Below, piece after piece: positions 61,243 through 64,000 of a stretch of DNA of 64,000 nucleotides. Origin of the DNA: Utricularia gibba (Eukaryota > Plantae > Magnoliophyta). Below the pieces are notes generated by a model, which saw only the letters and a list, made by a program, of their open reading frames with translations, was not told the DNA's origin and made no database searches. A program made the position numbers and the translations under genes. Numbering within the stretch: the stretch's first letter is position 1; each line of letters begins with the position of its first letter. The DNA lies in contig CM007989.1 of NCBI GenBank assembly GCA_002189035.1, forward strand, positions 7,068,001-7,132,000, read 5' to 3'.

Positions 61243-64000
61243 ATGGAAACTCGGAGCCGGAAGCGGGCCGAGGCATCAACCTCATCACCGATCTCAGGGC
61301 CAACTGCTCGTCCCAACAAACGCTCTCGTGTCTCTTTAACCGCCACAGTTAACGCTTCCGCCATCGCCACTCGCACTCGGACTCGCACGCGTGCTGCCGC
61401 AGCTCGATCTGCTACTATGGATCCGAATTCGGAACCTTCAAGCGCTTCTGGATCGACCCCCAGGGGACGCCGCGGTAAAAATTCTGGTTCTAAACAGAAG
61501 CATGATAAGGAAACGGGTAACTCTGACAAGGGAAAAGAGAAGGAGCCTGAAATCAGGCATAGGGAAACGGAAAGAAGCTCGGCTCTGAATTTTGAATCGC
61601 ATGATGGAGGGGAAGATGATAATGACAGCGAGGGTGGAGGGGGGATTTTTCACCAGAACTTGACTTCCGCTAGTAGTGCTCTTCAGGGTTTACTGAGAAA
61701 ATTGGGTGCCGGATTGGATGATTTGCTCCCGAGCTCGGCAACTGGTTCCGCTTCCTCTTCGCATCAAAATGGGCGACTGAAAAAGGTTTTGTCAGGTTTG
61801 AGGGCTGATGGGGAAGAGGGGAGGCAAGTGGAGGCCTTACTGCAGCTGTGTGATATTCTCTCAATTGGAACAGAGGAGTCTTTAAGTACTTTCTCAGTGG
61901 ACTCTTTTGTTCCAGTCTTGGTGGGATTACTGAATCATGAGAGTAATCCAGACATCATGCTTTTTGCTGCGAGAGCTCTGACACATTTGGTTGATGTGCT
62001 GCCCTCATCCTGCGCGACAGTTGTGCATTACGGTGCTGTATCTTGTTTTGTATCACGACTGCTGACTATTGAATACATGGACTTAGCTGAACAGGTGAAT
62101 GTATTAGTTTCTTCTCGCACTGGGGGGCGAAATATTAAGGCTTTTGTGTGCCTTTTCTAGTCCTTTTAGGGTTATTAACGTGATGTCTGTATGTTATCTG
62201 GATATAGGAATTTCATCACTGTCATTCTAATCTGTAATGATGGTAATTTTACAGTCCTTGCAAGCTTTGAAAAAGATATCCCAGGAACACCCGACTGATT
62301 GCCTGCAGGCAGGTGCACTCATGGCTGTGCTTTCTTATCTCGACTTCTTTTCCACTGGAGTCCAAGTAAGAATTTTTTTCGTTTGTTTTATATGGTTGAT
62401 GTTATCCACGTGGTCATCTTCATTCATTGCTTGAGATTCTTTCTCATTAACATGTTTAAAACTCTTTTGTAGAGGGTGGCCTTGGCAACCGCTGCTAACA
62501 TGTGCAAGAAGCTCCCATCTAATGCTGCTGATTTTGTGATGGCAGCAGTTCCACTGCTGACAAACTTGCTTCAGTATCATGATGCCAAGGTTAGATAGGT
62601 TATCACAGAGATCATAATAACCATCCCCGTCAATCCATATGCAAATTATCAGCCTTTTGTTGACTCTTCTTTTTTCAGGTTGTAGAATCTGCATCTATTT
62701 GCTTGACTCGAATTGCTGAGGCTTTTGCTTCATCACCCGAAAAACTTGATAAACTGTGCAACCATGGAGTAGTGACTCAAGCAGCAACTTTGATTTCCTC
62801 GAAAACTTCTGGTGGTGGTCAGACTTCCTTTAGCGCATCTACATATACAGTAAGAGAATACTATTTGGTAGTGCTTGTTTGTTCCCCCTTCTAACTCCTG
62901 CTTTTTATTTATGACTTTTATCAGGGATTGATTCAACTTCTTTCAACTTGTGCCCGTGGTTCTCCTCTAGGAGCAAAGTCATTACTCCTCCTTGGTATCA
63001 GTGGAATTCTTAAAGACATTTTGTCAGGTTCGGACGTGATGTCAAGCATGTCCTTTTCACCTGCTTTGAGTAGGCCACTGGAGCAGGTATCAGTAAACCT
63101 TCTAATATGAACGGTATTCATTTGAAACATTTTTATGGATATTAGATATCAGTCTTGATCTGCATTTATAATATTTCATTCCTCTCTGCGTCAGATTTTT
63201 GAGATCGTCAACCTGGCAAATGAGCTTCTTCCGCCACTCCCATTAGGAACTGTGTCTCTTCCAGTAAGCAGTTTCTTTCAAAGTAGAGACCCTCTGGGTA
63301 GGAAAAGCCACACAAGCAGCTCATACAAACAGGAGGGTTCCAGTGCGAATCCACAAGAGGCTTCAACACGCGTTAAAATCTTAACTGATCAGCCTGAATT
63401 TCTTGAACAATTTGGAGTGGATCTTCTTCCTGTTATGGTTCAGGCGAGTTGCTTTCTCAGCTCTGGTGTTGAGATAAGTTATTTGCTCAAGTGCTTATTT
63501 TGTGTTGGCAGATTTATGGTTCCAGCGTGAATAGTCGTGTACGCCACATGTGTCTTTCTGTTATAGGAAAGCTTATGTACTTCAGCCCTCCAGAAACAAT
63601 AAAGTCTCTGCTAAATGTAACAAACATTTCGAGGTACATGCTTCTTTTCCATGACACTGCTTGTTGCGTACTTTGGATCCGTGTCTGTGAGTTGTGATTC
63701 ATGCACTCGCTTTTTAGTTTCTTAGCAGGAGTTTTAGCTTGGAAAGACCCTCAAGTCCTGGTGCCTGCACTCCAGATATCTGGGATTTTGATGGAAAAGC
63801 TACCCGATACCTTTTCAGTGATGTTTGTAAGGGAAGGTGTTGTTCATGCTGTTGATGCATTGATCATGTCCGGATCGTCCAGCACTTGTCAATCATCTGG
63901 TGTTGACAAGGATAATGATTCCATTCCTGGGTCATCACCCCAGACTAGACGAAGTCGGCGTAGAGGCACCACTGGTAATCTTGATTCAGGTTCAGCTGAA
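61243..64000 (+). CDS. UPL3: HECT E3 ubiquitin ligase UPL3/KAKTUS, 5' part (continues beyond the window)
   Basis: METRSRKRAEAS, SDKGKEKE, HQNLTSASSALQGLLRKLGAGLDDLLPSS, GLRADGEEGRQVEAL, SLQALKKISQEHPT, SFLAGVLAWKDPQVLVPALQI and FVREGVVHAVD. Eight exons traced. Confidence 0.95.

Noticed and set aside
1-64000. Numerous short antisense and alternative-frame ORFs in the track; CRISPR, rRNA and tRNA candidates
   Set aside because: The ORFs are shadows of the real exons. No spacer-repeat arrays, rRNA segments or tRNA folds were seen, and the DNA is eukaryotic.

Overview
Gene-dense nuclear DNA from a flowering plant. It is a eudicot; an XIP aquaporin is present, a subfamily established as absent from monocots and Brassicaceae. 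Introns are short GT-AG type and the intergenic DNA is AT-rich. From hand-assembled exons I support, in order: the 3' end of FAB1C-like, a PADRE/DUF4228 gene (-), MAF1, a MATE/DTX transporter, two tandem highly diverged RHD3/Sey1-like GTPase copies (-, both with disabling lesions), a possible PIF/Harbinger relic, a CP2/ICU11-family 2OG dioxygenase, GWT1/PIG-W, a PB1-domain gene, a HAD nucleotidase, ZAR1-like LRR-RLK (-), kinesin-7, an F-box/FBD pseudogene, bHLH121-like, an ERD2-related receptor, an atypical XIP, a SAUR, mitochondrial ATP synthase subunit e (-, invisible in the ORF track) and the 5' part of UPL3. The most interesting system is the RHD3-like pair. Both copies look fast-evolving yet largely ORF-retaining, sit behind W-box-rich promoters, and have lesions confined mostly to different GTPase motifs. 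Also notable are an XIP with SPM/NPAK motifs, a stop-start uORF pair plus hairpin in the UPL3 leader, and a CGCG-box tandem repeat before the SAUR. Six otherwise intact genes each need one extra base in a short base run, which points to assembly indel errors. No tRNA, rRNA or CRISPR features were found. Family names come from recalled motifs, not database searches, and all counts were made by hand.
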